34,701 nt of DNA from Cytophagales bacterium (GTDB lineage: Bacteria; Bacteroidota; Bacteroidia; Cytophagales; Cyclobacteriaceae): assembly GCA_029262955.1 (NCBI GenBank), contig JAJCYL010000173.1, positions 1 to 34,701 of the forward strand, read 5' to 3'. Positions within the stretch are counted from its first letter, which is position 1. Each line of letters begins with the position of its first letter. This document shows, in pieces, positions 1 to 8,705 of this stretch. The translations under genes and the position numbers were made by a program. The notes under the pieces are model-generated. The model did not search any database and had not been told where the DNA came from. It saw only the letters and a list, made by a program, of their open reading frames with translations.

Positions 1-109
1 CGGAAAAAAGAGAATTACTCACCTCACTTCCTGTGAAGTTTTGAGAAAGATTTGACTCGGAGCAGCTAATGCCGGTGAGCAGTAAAACTCCAACAACTAA
101 ACTTTTCAT
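1..109 (-). CDS. Putative lipoprotein, N-terminal fragment; the gene runs off the left edge
   Basis: Reverse-strand ATG at 109 to 107 translates to MKSLVVGVLLLTGISCSESNLSQNF. This is a hydrophobic signal peptide ending in a lipobox-like GISC. Only about 36 codons are visible. Confidence 0.3.
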   Translation of the reverse strand, partial: MKSLVVGVLLLTGISCSESNLSQNFTGSEVSNSLFS

Positions 110-448
110 ACATTTATATTGAACTCTCCTAAATCTCCAATTATCCCCGCATTTTATCATCATTTTCGGGTAATTATTGCACCACCAATAATACGCCCAA
201 TTCGTCAAAAACTGTGTAACAGTGGTTACAATCAGGCACAGCCCATCAAACGTAAAACGGATTATGCCCTGGCCATACCAAATGCACGTTACCCTGGCTA
301 TTCTGCAATTATTAAACTCATGAAGTGATACTGACCCGTGAATAATGAAATTAGGTACGCTGGACGTGACGAAGATCAATCCAAAACCTGACCTCCAGCA
401 ATCTCTCTCGATTCGTTGTGTTGTAGATTGACGATATAGTTGAAGAAA

Positions 449-1183
449 ATGGATAAAAGAAATTTTTTAAAAGCACTCACTCTTACCGGTGCGACAGGTT
501 TGTTTGATTTAAGAAACCTTAACGGCCAAACTATAGGACATATGGAAACAATAGTAAATAGGGTATTCGCTCCCGATGAAACCGGAAAATACACCCTTCC
601 AAATTTGCCTTATGCGTATGAGGCATTGGAACCACATATTGACAGACAGACAATGCAACTGCATCATGACATACATCATCAGGGATACGTCAATGGCCTG
701 AATAATGCAACTGAAAAAGTGAACGAAGCTATAAAAGTGGATGACTATGGGCTGATAAAACATTGGCAAAGAGAATTGGCCTTTCATGGTGCTGGTCATT
801 TTATGCACAGCATTTTTTGGGAGAATATGGGGCCGGCACAGGGAAAGAGAAGCTCTTCATTGGAAAAGTACATGAAAGGGTCTTTTGGCTCATTTGACAG
901 TTTCAAGAAGTATTTCACTGCTGCTGCAACAGCCGTGGAAGGTTCCGGTTGGGGCATTTTGGGCTATCAGCCGAAAGCCGACAAGTTAGTGGTACTTCAA
1001 GCCGAAAAGCATCAAAACCTTAGCCAATGGCTAACCGTCCCGTTTTTGGTGATTGATGTCTGGGAACATGCCTATTATCTAAAATATCAAAACAGAAGAG
1101 GAGCCTATGTCAATGCATTTTTCAATGTGATTAACTGGGAGGCTGTTTCCAACAGATTTGAAAAGATTAGAGGAGGTTATTAA
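449..1183 (+). CDS. sodA: Fe/Mn-family superoxide dismutase (Mn-type motifs) with an N-terminal Tat-like signal extension
   Basis: Carries the family signature DVWEHAYYLKYQNRR. Also has LPNLPYAYEALEPHID, HHDIHHQGYV and GAGHFMHSIFW (Mn-type GHxNHSxFW pattern). About 45 residues precede the catalytic core and contain KRNFLKALTLTGATGLF. The ORF track starts at TTG 440; the first ATG is 449. Confidence 0.9.
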   Translation: MDKRNFLKALTLTGATGLFDLRNLNGQTIGHMETIVNRVFAPDETGKYTLPNLPYAYEALEPHIDRQTMQLHHDIHHQGYVNGLNNATEKVNEAIKVDDYGLIKHWQRELAFHGAGHFMHSIFWENMGPAQGKRSSSLEKYMKGSFGSFDSFKKYFTAAATAVEGSGWGILGYQPKADKLVVLQAEKHQNLSQWLTVPFLVIDVWEHAYYLKYQNRRGAYVNAFFNVINWEAVSNRFEKIRGGY

Positions 1184-1509
1184 CGTTTAGAAAATGCTCC
1201 AAATTTTTGTCCGTTGCTTACGCCATCCGTCCAGGGCGAATAGAATTTTCCATCTGACATCCAAATGGGACGAAAAGTTAACTAATTGATTATCAGTAAA
1301 TTGTACATTTTAATTAATTTTTGTACTGGAGCATAAATAACCTCCACAATTAAAAATAATTGATAATCTGCCTTATGTGATTTTTCCCAAAATTTGTTGA
1401 AGGCCAATGATGTTACAAACAGCCGAAAATTTTACACCTATTATTAATCTGGCCTTTCATCACCACAGGATTGTGGAATAATTGATTGAAGTCATAAAAA
1501 AAAGTAATG

Positions 1510-1538
1510 TTAACCATCTGGTTAAACTAAATGGTTAA
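1510..1538. promoter_or_regulatory. Candidate TetR operator: perfect palindrome TTAACCA-TC-TGGTTAA plus a third TGGTTAA half-site
   Basis: TTAACCATCTGGTTAA lies at 1510 to 1525, with 7-bp arms that are exact reverse complements. TGGTTAA repeats at 1532 to 1538. Both sit 20 to 48 nt upstream of the probable tetR ATG at 1558. Confidence 0.5.
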
Positions 1539-1557
1539 TTCATTGTACATTTGTATT

Positions 1558-2163
1558 ATGGAAAGAGATCTATCCACTGAAGAAAGAATAAAAGAGGCTG
1601 CTAAGCAGGTATTCATTATTAAGGGATTGGCAGGTGCACGAATGCAGGAAATTGCTGATGCGGCTAACATCAATAAGGCCATGCTTCATTATTATTTCCG
1701 CAGTAAGGATCAATTATTCAAAAAGATCTTTGATGAAGTGATTGGAGAATTCGCTCCGAAGATATTGTCAATACTGGGTGAAAAACGACCCCTGGAGGTT
1801 AAGGTCAAAGATTTTGTTCACCAATACCTGGATATGCTATCAAAAAATCCATTTATTCCGCTTTTTCTGATCAGTGAATTAAGAGACCAGCCGGAACATG
1901 TGATCGAAAAAGTAGGCATAAAGCGGAGTGGCGCTTTAGATCATTTGGATCAGCAACTCAAAACCGAAGCTCAGGCCGGTAACATCAGATCTATAGCACC
2001 AGCGCATTTTATGGCAAACCTCATATCTCTTTCCATTTTCCCATTTCTTGCAAAGCCTATACTTCAATCAATGTTTCAAATGAGCGATGAGGATTTTTCC
2101 AGCTTTATTGAGGAGAGAAAGGTTTTGATCCCTCAGCTCATAATGTCCTCTTTAAAACCATAA
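1558..2163 (+). CDS. TetR/AcrR-family transcriptional repressor (CecR/YbiH-like position)
   Basis: N-terminal HTH EERIKEAAKQVFIIKGLAGARMQEIADAANINKAMLHYYFRSK is typical of TetR_N. It is the first gene of the efflux operon and ends 2 nt before the next gene. The ORF track start at 1531 overlaps the palindrome, so ATG 1558 is preferred. Confidence 0.85.
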   Translation: MERDLSTEERIKEAAKQVFIIKGLAGARMQEIADAANINKAMLHYYFRSKDQLFKKIFDEVIGEFAPKILSILGEKRPLEVKVKDFVHQYLDMLSKNPFIPLFLISELRDQPEHVIEKVGIKRSGALDHLDQQLKTEAQAGNIRSIAPAHFMANLISLSIFPFLAKPILQSMFQMSDEDFSSFIEERKVLIPQLIMSSLKP

Positions 2164-2165
2164 TT

Positions 2166-3482
2166 ATGAGTGTCAACTACCAACTTAGAATCTACAGATC
2201 TTTCAGCAGAATGCTCTTAATGGCATTCATTGGCTATCAGGGACTCTCAGTATCTGCCCAGACGTTATCACTCCATCAATGTTATGAGTTGGCACAGGAG
2301 TTAACTCCGCTGGCCCAACAGCAACTATTTCATCAATCAATAGCGGTCTTACAAAAAGAAAATGCCAATTCCCTTTTTAAGCCTGAAATTGGTCTGGATG
2401 GCCAATACACCTATCAATCAGATGTCTTTTCATTGCCTTTTGAAAACCCTGACGGCACCAGATCGCAGATTCCCAGGGATCAATACCGATTAACCATTGG
2501 TATTAACCAGCAGCTGTTTGATGGAGGTTCAGCGAAACGTTTACACAGTGTAGCTGAAAGCGAAGCCACAGCCAACCGGCAAGAGGTGACGGTTGCTCTC
2601 TATCAAATTCGGGAAATAATCAACGAACTTTTCTTCGGAGCGATAATGAACCAGGAGAATGTGACCATTATGGCATCACAAAGAGCCATCCTGGAGGAAC
2701 AATTATCTGAAGTAGAGTCTGGCGTAAGAAATGGGTTGTTGCTGGCCAGTAATGCAGACATTGTCAAAAAAGAGATCCTATCTGTCGAACAACAACTCAT
2801 TTCATTTGACATGGACAGGGAAGCGTTATTAGAAATGCTGGAGGCGTGGATTGGCCAGGAGGTCTCCGATGAAACAGTGCTCCTTATCCCCAATCTAACT
2901 AGCTATGATGGATTAACAAATGAAATTAACCGTCCGGAACTCCGTCTTTTTGACTTAAAGTCCCAACAGCTTCAAGCCCAAAGTGAACTGACTGCCATTA
3001 AGAACTATCCAAAAATTTCAGCATTTGCTAATGGAGGAATGTCCAGCCCTAATCCATATGACTTTTTTAGGACAGATCTCTCCGGATATTACCTCACAGG
3101 AATTCGTTTGAAGTGGAATATTTTTGACTGGAATAAAAACAAGAATGACATCAAAATGCTCAACATCCAGAGGGAGATCATCACCAGTAACAGGGATGAT
3201 TTTGAGCGAAGGACGGCTATCACTATTATCCGTAATGATGCAGAGATAAAGAAACTTGAAATCCTCCTGGCTAAGGACAAAGAGATCCTTGACTTGCAGC
3301 GGCGCATTGTTAAGGAATCGTATGCTCAACTGCAAAATGGTGTCATCACTTCAACCAACTATATCACGGAATTGAACAAAGAAACAGCTGCCAGAATAGC
3401 ACTCAACTTACGTGGATTGGCTGTGATCCGAACTAAAATTGAAAAACTGACTAAATCGGGAAACTATGAGATCCAAAATTGA
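2166..3482 (+). CDS. TolC-family outer membrane efflux protein
   Basis: 438 aa with a signal-like N-terminus (MLLMAFIGYQGLSVSAQ). It has a two-repeat coiled-coil/beta architecture and operon context with HlyD and ABC genes. An alternative start is at 2211. Confidence 0.8.
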   Translation: MSVNYQLRIYRSFSRMLLMAFIGYQGLSVSAQTLSLHQCYELAQELTPLAQQQLFHQSIAVLQKENANSLFKPEIGLDGQYTYQSDVFSLPFENPDGTRSQIPRDQYRLTIGINQQLFDGGSAKRLHSVAESEATANRQEVTVALYQIREIINELFFGAIMNQENVTIMASQRAILEEQLSEVESGVRNGLLLASNADIVKKEILSVEQQLISFDMDREALLEMLEAWIGQEVSDETVLLIPNLTSYDGLTNEINRPELRLFDLKSQQLQAQSELTAIKNYPKISAFANGGMSSPNPYDFFRTDLSGYYLTGIRLKWNIFDWNKNKNDIKMLNIQREIITSNRDDFERRTAITIIRNDAEIKKLEILLAKDKEILDLQRRIVKESYAQLQNGVITSTNYITELNKETAARIALNLRGLAVIRTKIEKLTKSGNYEIQN

Positions 3483-4389
3483 TATAAGAATACTTGCTTC
3501 CTTCATCTTAGCGGCGGTTATCTTGGGTTGTAGTGAGAGCAGCCACAAATCGGACGCTTATGGTAATTTCGAAGCGACTGAGATCATTGTATCCGGTGAA
3601 GCAACCGGTAAGTTGAAAAATTTTGAAGTGGCCGAGGGAAATGTGGTCAATGCTGACAACCATTTAGGTTTCATAGACACCACTCAGCTTTATCTCCAAA
3701 AACAACAACTCATTTACAGCATTGGTGCATTAAAGAGCAAGACCCAGGACGTTGGCATTCAGATTAATGTCCTACTAGAGCAAAAGAATAACCTCCAAAG
3801 AGAAAGGAATAGGATTAAAAATCTGTTGAAAGACGGGGCAGCCACCACTAAACAGCTCGATGATATCAATGGTGAAATTGAGGTGGTGGACAAACGGATT
3901 TTAGCAACACAAAGTCAACTCACTACTACCAATTCGGGAATCCTCAGTGAAATAGCCCCCTTAGAAGCACAAATTGAATTGATCAATGACAAGCTGGCCA
4001 AGAGTTACATTACCTCTCCGGTGAGTGGTACAGTTCTTACCAAATATGCCGAAGAAGGTGAATTTGTGAGCATGGGACAGCCATTATTCAAAATAGCCAA
4101 TCTTGATGAAATGGAACTTAGGATTTACGTCAGCGGAGACCAGCTAGGGATTTTCAAAGTAGGCAGTGAAATAGAGGTTCTCGTCGATGATGGTAAAGAA
4201 GCCTACAGGTCGTTGAGAGGAACTATTACCTGGGTTTCAGCACAAGCGGAGTTTACTCCGAAAGTCATTCAAACTAAAGAAGAGCGGGTCAATCTGGTTT
4301 ACGCGGTAAAGGTTAGTGTTCTTAACACTGACGGCTCCTTGAAAATTGGGATGCCGGGCGAGGTAAAGTTCAATCCTGTTTCCAATTAA
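3466..4389 (+). CDS. HlyD-family membrane fusion (periplasmic adaptor) protein, YbhG-like
   Basis: Lipoprotein-type signal ILGCSES, a long coiled-coil centre, and lipoyl/beta-barrel motifs (ITSPVSGTV, ELRIYVSGDQ, FTPKVIQTKEERVNLVYAVKV). It overlaps the tolC-like gene by 17 nt. Confidence 0.85.
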   Translation: MRSKIDIRILASFILAAVILGCSESSHKSDAYGNFEATEIIVSGEATGKLKNFEVAEGNVVNADNHLGFIDTTQLYLQKQQLIYSIGALKSKTQDVGIQINVLLEQKNNLQRERNRIKNLLKDGAATTKQLDDINGEIEVVDKRILATQSQLTTTNSGILSEIAPLEAQIELINDKLAKSYITSPVSGTVLTKYAEEGEFVSMGQPLFKIANLDEMELRIYVSGDQLGIFKVGSEIEVLVDDGKEAYRSLRGTITWVSAQAEFTPKVIQTKEERVNLVYAVKVSVLNTDGSLKIGMPGEVKFNPVSN

Positions 4390-4399
4390 AAATAGATAA

Positions 4400-5320
4400 A
4401 TGAAGAATCCGGCTCTTTCCATCAATCGTCTATTGAAGTCCTACGGTAAACTTAGAGCACTGAAAGAAATAAGTCTGGAAGTCAATCGAGGGGAGTTGTT
4501 CGGTTTGATCGGGCCGGACGGGGCAGGCAAAACCTCTCTCATCAGAATTTTGGCGACGTTGCTGTTACCTGATGGTGGTTCAGCGGAAGTACTGGGTCAT
4601 GATGTGATAAGAGAATACAAGGTAATCCGTAATAAAATGGGCTATATGCCTGGTAGGTTTTCCCTGTATCAGGATTTGACAATTTTGGAAAACCTGGAGC
4701 TTTTTGCATCGATCTACGAAACTACGGTTGAAAAGAATTACCATTTGATTAAAGACATTTACGCTCAGATCGAGCCCTTCAAGGATCGGAAAGCAGGTCA
4801 GCTATCCGGTGGTATGAAACAGAAGCTGGCACTTTCCTGTGCCATGATCCATGAACCGGAGATCCTTTTCCTGGATGAACCAACTACCGGTGTGGATCCG
4901 GTTTCGCGAAATGAGTTTTGGGAAATGCTTAAAAAACTCAGGGAGAAGGGAATAACCATCATTGTATCCACACCCTACATGGATGAAGCCAATTTATGTG
5001 ACCGGGTAGCCCTCATTCAAGATGGTGCTATCATGTCGGTTGACACCCCGGAAGCTGTGGTGGAAACTTTCCCGACATTCTTGTATGCTATTAAGTCATC
5101 TGACAAATATCTCCTTCTACAGGATCTTAGGGATTACCCAAATGTTAATTCGGTTTTTGCCTTTGGGGAATATCTGCATTATACGGACAAAAGAAAAGAG
5201 TTACCAGAAGATGAACTTCGACAATATTTAGAGGAGCACAAGCACAGAGAACTCGAAATTAAAAGAATTGAGCCAGGAATTGAGGACTGCTTTATGGCTT
5301 TTATGGAAAAAGAAAATTAA
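4400..5320 (+). CDS. ABC transporter ATP-binding protein (first half of a split YbhF-like ATPase)
   Basis: Walker A GPDGAGKTS, signature LSGGMKQK, Walker B ILFLDEPTTGVD. It also has a C-terminal extension of about 80 aa. Confidence 0.9.
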   Translation: MKNPALSINRLLKSYGKLRALKEISLEVNRGELFGLIGPDGAGKTSLIRILATLLLPDGGSAEVLGHDVIREYKVIRNKMGYMPGRFSLYQDLTILENLELFASIYETTVEKNYHLIKDIYAQIEPFKDRKAGQLSGGMKQKLALSCAMIHEPEILFLDEPTTGVDPVSRNEFWEMLKKLREKGITIIVSTPYMDEANLCDRVALIQDGAIMSVDTPEAVVETFPTFLYAIKSSDKYLLLQDLRDYPNVNSVFAFGEYLHYTDKRKELPEDELRQYLEEHKHRELEIKRIEPGIEDCFMAFMEKEN

Positions 5321-6054
5321 TGGAAGAGCCCATCATTTATGCCAAAGACCTCACCAAGAAATTCGGAGATTTCACTGCCGTAGACGCCATTAGCTTTGAG
5401 ATCAACCGGGGGGAGATATTTGGTTTTTTAGGGGCCAATGGAGCTGGAAAAACAACAGCCATGAAAATGCTGATTGGTCTTTGGAAACCTACCTCTGGCA
5501 AGGCGTCGGTAGCCGGATTTGACGTATATCGTGAGGCAGAAAAGATCAAGAAGAATATCGGCTATATGAGCCAGCGGTTCTCACTTTACGAGGACCTGAC
5601 TGTGGTGGAGAACATACAGTTTTATGCAGGTATTTACGGCCTCACCAATCAACAAATAAAATCTAAGACCACAGGTTTGATTGAAAAACTAGGCTTGCTC
5701 GAGGTTAGAGATTCCAGGATCCAGTCCTTGCCGCTGGGTTGGAAGCAAAAGCTTGCTTTTTCCGTTGCCATCCTTCACGATCCCAAAATTGTGTTTTTGG
5801 ATGAGCCTACAGGTGGCGTAGACCCCATCACAAGAAGGCAATTCTGGGATTTAATCTATGAGGCAGCTCACAATGGCATAACTGTTTTTGTTACGACCCA
5901 TTATATGGATGAGGCCGAGTATTGTGACAGGGTTTCCATCATGGTCAATGGGAGAATTGAAGCGCTTGATAATCCCAGCACTCTAAAGAAACAGTTTAAT
6001 GTTGACACCATGCATGAAGTGTTTGTGAAAATGGCCAGACCACAGGAAGCATGA
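5320..6054 (+). CDS. ABC transporter ATP-binding protein (second half of a split YbhF-like ATPase)
   Basis: Walker A GANGAGKTT, degenerate signature LPLGWKQK, Walker B IVFLDEPTGGVD. Its start shares 1 nt with the upstream stop (TAATG). Confidence 0.9.
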   Translation: MEEPIIYAKDLTKKFGDFTAVDAISFEINRGEIFGFLGANGAGKTTAMKMLIGLWKPTSGKASVAGFDVYREAEKIKKNIGYMSQRFSLYEDLTVVENIQFYAGIYGLTNQQIKSKTTGLIEKLGLLEVRDSRIQSLPLGWKQKLAFSVAILHDPKIVFLDEPTGGVDPITRRQFWDLIYEAAHNGITVFVTTHYMDEAEYCDRVSIMVNGRIEALDNPSTLKKQFNVDTMHEVFVKMARPQEA

Positions 6055-7154
6055 ACAGGTTTTTGGCTTTTGTAAAAAAGGAATTCTATCACATTTTTCG
6101 TGACAGAAGAACTTTGGTTATTCTTTTTGGGATGCCCGTCGTACAGATCCTGCTTTTCGGCTATGCCATAACCAACGAGATAAAGGATGCCCGAATTGCT
6201 ATTCTCGACAAATCCAAAGATCACCTCTCCGTCCGATTGATTGAAAAAATACGCTCGTCAGGATACTTTCTTATTGAGGACTATCTCAATCAGGAAGTTG
6301 AAATAGAAAAACTATTTAAAGAGGGTACTATTAAACTGGTCCTGGTGATAGATGAATCATTTGCCCAAAACCTGGAAAAGCAACACGCTACCAACATTCA
6401 ATTGCTGGCAGATGCCACTGATCCCAACACGGCCAATACGCTGATTAACTACGCTACTGCCATCATTAGGAATTTTCAGGCTGAAATAAACTCAGGCACA
6501 TTACCTCTAACCATTATACCGGAGGTCAGGATGCGTTACAATCCCAATTTGAGAAGTGTTTTTTTATTCGTCCCCGGATTGATTACGATAATTCTCATGC
6601 TCGTTTCAGCCATGATGACATCGATTTCTATTGCCCGCGAAAAGGAGGTCGGCACCATGGAAGTCCTCCTGGCATCTCCAATGCAGCCGGGCCAGGTAAT
6701 CCTGGCCAAGGTTGTTCCCTACTTAATGTTGTCATTTATTAATGCTGTTGTGATCCTGATCATGGGCAAATTTATCTTCGGAGTTCCCATTAACGGCAGC
6801 CTGCCCCTACTTCTACTTGAAAGCATCCTCTTCATTTTAATGGCACTCTCACTGGGAATCTTAATATCAACCGTGACCCAATCACAACAGGCGGCATTAT
6901 TAATCTCATTAATGGGGCTAATGTTACCTACTATCCTACTTTCTGGCTTCATCTTTCCCATTGAGAATATGCCACCGGCGCTACAAGTTATTTCTAATTT
7001 CATCCCCGCTAAGTGGTTCATCATCATCGCTAAATCCATTATGCTGAAGGGAGTGGGTATTACTTATTTCTGGCAGGAAACATTAGTCCTGGTGGGTTTT
7101 ACTATACTTTTCGTAGCCCTGAGTATCAAAAAATTCAAAATCAGACTGGCATGA
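6051..7154 (+). CDS. ABC-2 type transporter permease (YbhS/YbhR-like)
   Basis: One N-terminal TM helix, a large extracytoplasmic loop and five C-terminal TM helices. Contains REKEVGTMEVLLASP, typical of the ABC-2 family. ATGA overlap with the upstream gene. Confidence 0.85.
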   Translation: MNRFLAFVKKEFYHIFRDRRTLVILFGMPVVQILLFGYAITNEIKDARIAILDKSKDHLSVRLIEKIRSSGYFLIEDYLNQEVEIEKLFKEGTIKLVLVIDESFAQNLEKQHATNIQLLADATDPNTANTLINYATAIIRNFQAEINSGTLPLTIIPEVRMRYNPNLRSVFLFVPGLITIILMLVSAMMTSISIAREKEVGTMEVLLASPMQPGQVILAKVVPYLMLSFINAVVILIMGKFIFGVPINGSLPLLLLESILFILMALSLGILISTVTQSQQAALLISLMGLMLPTILLSGFIFPIENMPPALQVISNFIPAKWFIIIAKSIMLKGVGITYFWQETLVLVGFTILFVALSIKKFKIRLA

Positions 7155-8281
7155 GAACGATTTACTTCCTGGTAAGAAAGGAGTTTCTCCAAATATTCCG
7201 AAATAAAGGCATGTTGCCCATTATCTTTATCATGCCAGTAATTCAACTGGTCATTCTCTCCAATGCTGCCAATTTCGAGATCGAAAACCTAAAACTCTAC
7301 TTTGTTGACAAAGACCAAACCTCTTACAGTCGCCTGCTTAGAAGTAAAATTGAAGGTTCTAATTACTTCGTTCTGAGTGGCTATGGCTTTTCTACTGATG
7401 AAGGTGAAGGAGCATTGGATCGTGACTTGGCAGACCTGGTGATTGAAGTTCCCAGGGGATTTGAAAGGACATTAGTTCGTGACAACAGCGAAAAGATACA
7501 ATTGACTATTAATGCTATCGATGGAACAAAAGGCGCACTTGGTAATTTCTATGCATTGGCGGTCATTTCGGATTTCAATCGTCAAATAAGAGAAGATTTT
7601 CAGGCCAAAGGGACAGTATTTGCTATTTCAAAACCACTGAATCACATTAAGATAAATTATTCAAACTGGTTTAACCCTGACCTGAATTACAAGACCTTTA
7701 TGGTGCCAGGTATCCTCGTGCTTTTAGTGACCATGATCGCAGCATTCTTGTCGGCCATGAATATTGTACGAGAAAAAGAAATAGGGACCATTGAACAACT
7801 GAATGTCACTCCAATAAGAAAGCACCAGTTTATAATTGGCAAATTGCTACCCTTTTGGGTGCTTGGGCTTTTTGAGCTATCCATAGGTCTCCTTATTGCT
7901 AAATTCGTCTTTGATGTACCCTTTGTCGGTAGCATCATTTTGGTTTATGCATTTGCAGCGCTCTATCTTTTTCTGGTATTAGGAATGGGTCTGTTTATTT
8001 CAACCTTCACTGAAACTCAGCAACAGGCCATGTTTATTTCCTGGTTCTTTCTGGTAATTTTCATCCTCATGGGTGGATTGTTTACCGCAATTGAGAACAT
8101 GCCAGTATGGGCACAACATATAACCCTTTTTAATCCTGTCAGGTACTTTATCGAAGTGGTTAGAATGGTCATGCTAAAAGGATCTGGCTTAGCAGATATT
8201 AAGTGGCATTTCCTTATTGTTTTACTCTATGTTATTGGGATTAATGGATTAGCCATGTTCAGATATAGGAAGACGGTCTAA
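7151..8281 (+). CDS. ABC-2 type transporter permease (YbhS/YbhR-like), paralog of the preceding gene
   Basis: Same architecture as the preceding gene. Contains REKEIGTIEQLNVTP. ATGA overlap with the upstream gene. Confidence 0.85.
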   Translation: MRTIYFLVRKEFLQIFRNKGMLPIIFIMPVIQLVILSNAANFEIENLKLYFVDKDQTSYSRLLRSKIEGSNYFVLSGYGFSTDEGEGALDRDLADLVIEVPRGFERTLVRDNSEKIQLTINAIDGTKGALGNFYALAVISDFNRQIREDFQAKGTVFAISKPLNHIKINYSNWFNPDLNYKTFMVPGILVLLVTMIAAFLSAMNIVREKEIGTIEQLNVTPIRKHQFIIGKLLPFWVLGLFELSIGLLIAKFVFDVPFVGSIILVYAFAALYLFLVLGMGLFISTFTETQQQAMFISWFFLVIFILMGGLFTAIENMPVWAQHITLFNPVRYFIEVVRMVMLKGSGLADIKWHFLIVLLYVIGINGLAMFRYRKTV

Positions 8282-8517
8282 CATTTTGTAAAGTTTATTA
8301 TAATCCTCCCACATTGTCTGTAGGACATCCGTGATAAGGGACTCCGTGCATTTATTATCACCGATCAACTGGAGTGTTTATTCGACACAGCAGTCAAATC
8401 AATCGTTCTTCTGACCATTATCCTATCCTTGCAATCTTGCATGTATGAGCTTTTACACCATTAATTTTGGAATCCTATAGAATTCGGATTTATAATCCCA
8501 ATTAAAATGAATGCAAT

Positions 8518-8598
8518 ATGAAGCGATTAGAAGACAAAGTAGCAATTGTTACAGGTGGTTCAGAACTGGTTATTGATGGTGGCTATATAGCCCGTTAG
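8518..8598 (+). pseudogene. Relic of a short-chain dehydrogenase/reductase collapsed by an in-frame internal deletion to a 26-codon mini-ORF
   Basis: Translates to MKRLEDKVAIVTGGSELVIDGGYIAR*. MKRLEDKVAIVTGG is a canonical SDR N-terminus at the start of the Rossmann TGxxxGxG motif. SELVIDGGYIAR is a canonical SDR C-terminus. The roughly 230 residues between them are absent. Confidence 0.55.
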
Positions 8599-8616
8599 TA
8601 AATACAGAATAATAAA

Positions 8617-8651
8617 AGAGAGAAATGTTTTCGCACTTCTCTCTCCTTTTT
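8617..8651. terminator. Bidirectional rho-independent terminator candidate
   Basis: Stem GAGAGAAATG (8618 to 8627) pairs with CACTTCTCTC (8634 to 8643) with one mismatch, and the loop is TTTTCG. An A-rich run lies 5' and a TTTTT run lies 3'. It sits between the SDR relic (+) and the histidine kinase stop (-, 8706). Confidence 0.55.
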
Positions 8652-8705
8652 AGTTCACGAGGATACTGAGGGTCATTATTAAGGAGGGAAAACTATCTGA
8701 GGCTA

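Noticed and set aside
119-328. 69-aa plus-strand ORF in the spacer between the left-edge lipoprotein gene and sod
   Set aside because: It has no recognisable motif and an odd Ile/Pro/Arg-rich composition. It lies in what is most simply a divergent promoter region. It contains the palindrome TGTAAC-N4-GTTACA (215 to 230), which I noted but cannot tie to any regulator.
5022-5231. 69-aa alternative-frame ORF inside the first ABC ATPase gene. Other same-strand or antisense internal ORFs occur at 3089-3307, 23494-23751 and 27654-27869.
   Set aside because: They are embedded in strongly supported genes and show no motifs. They are the expected out-of-frame noise.
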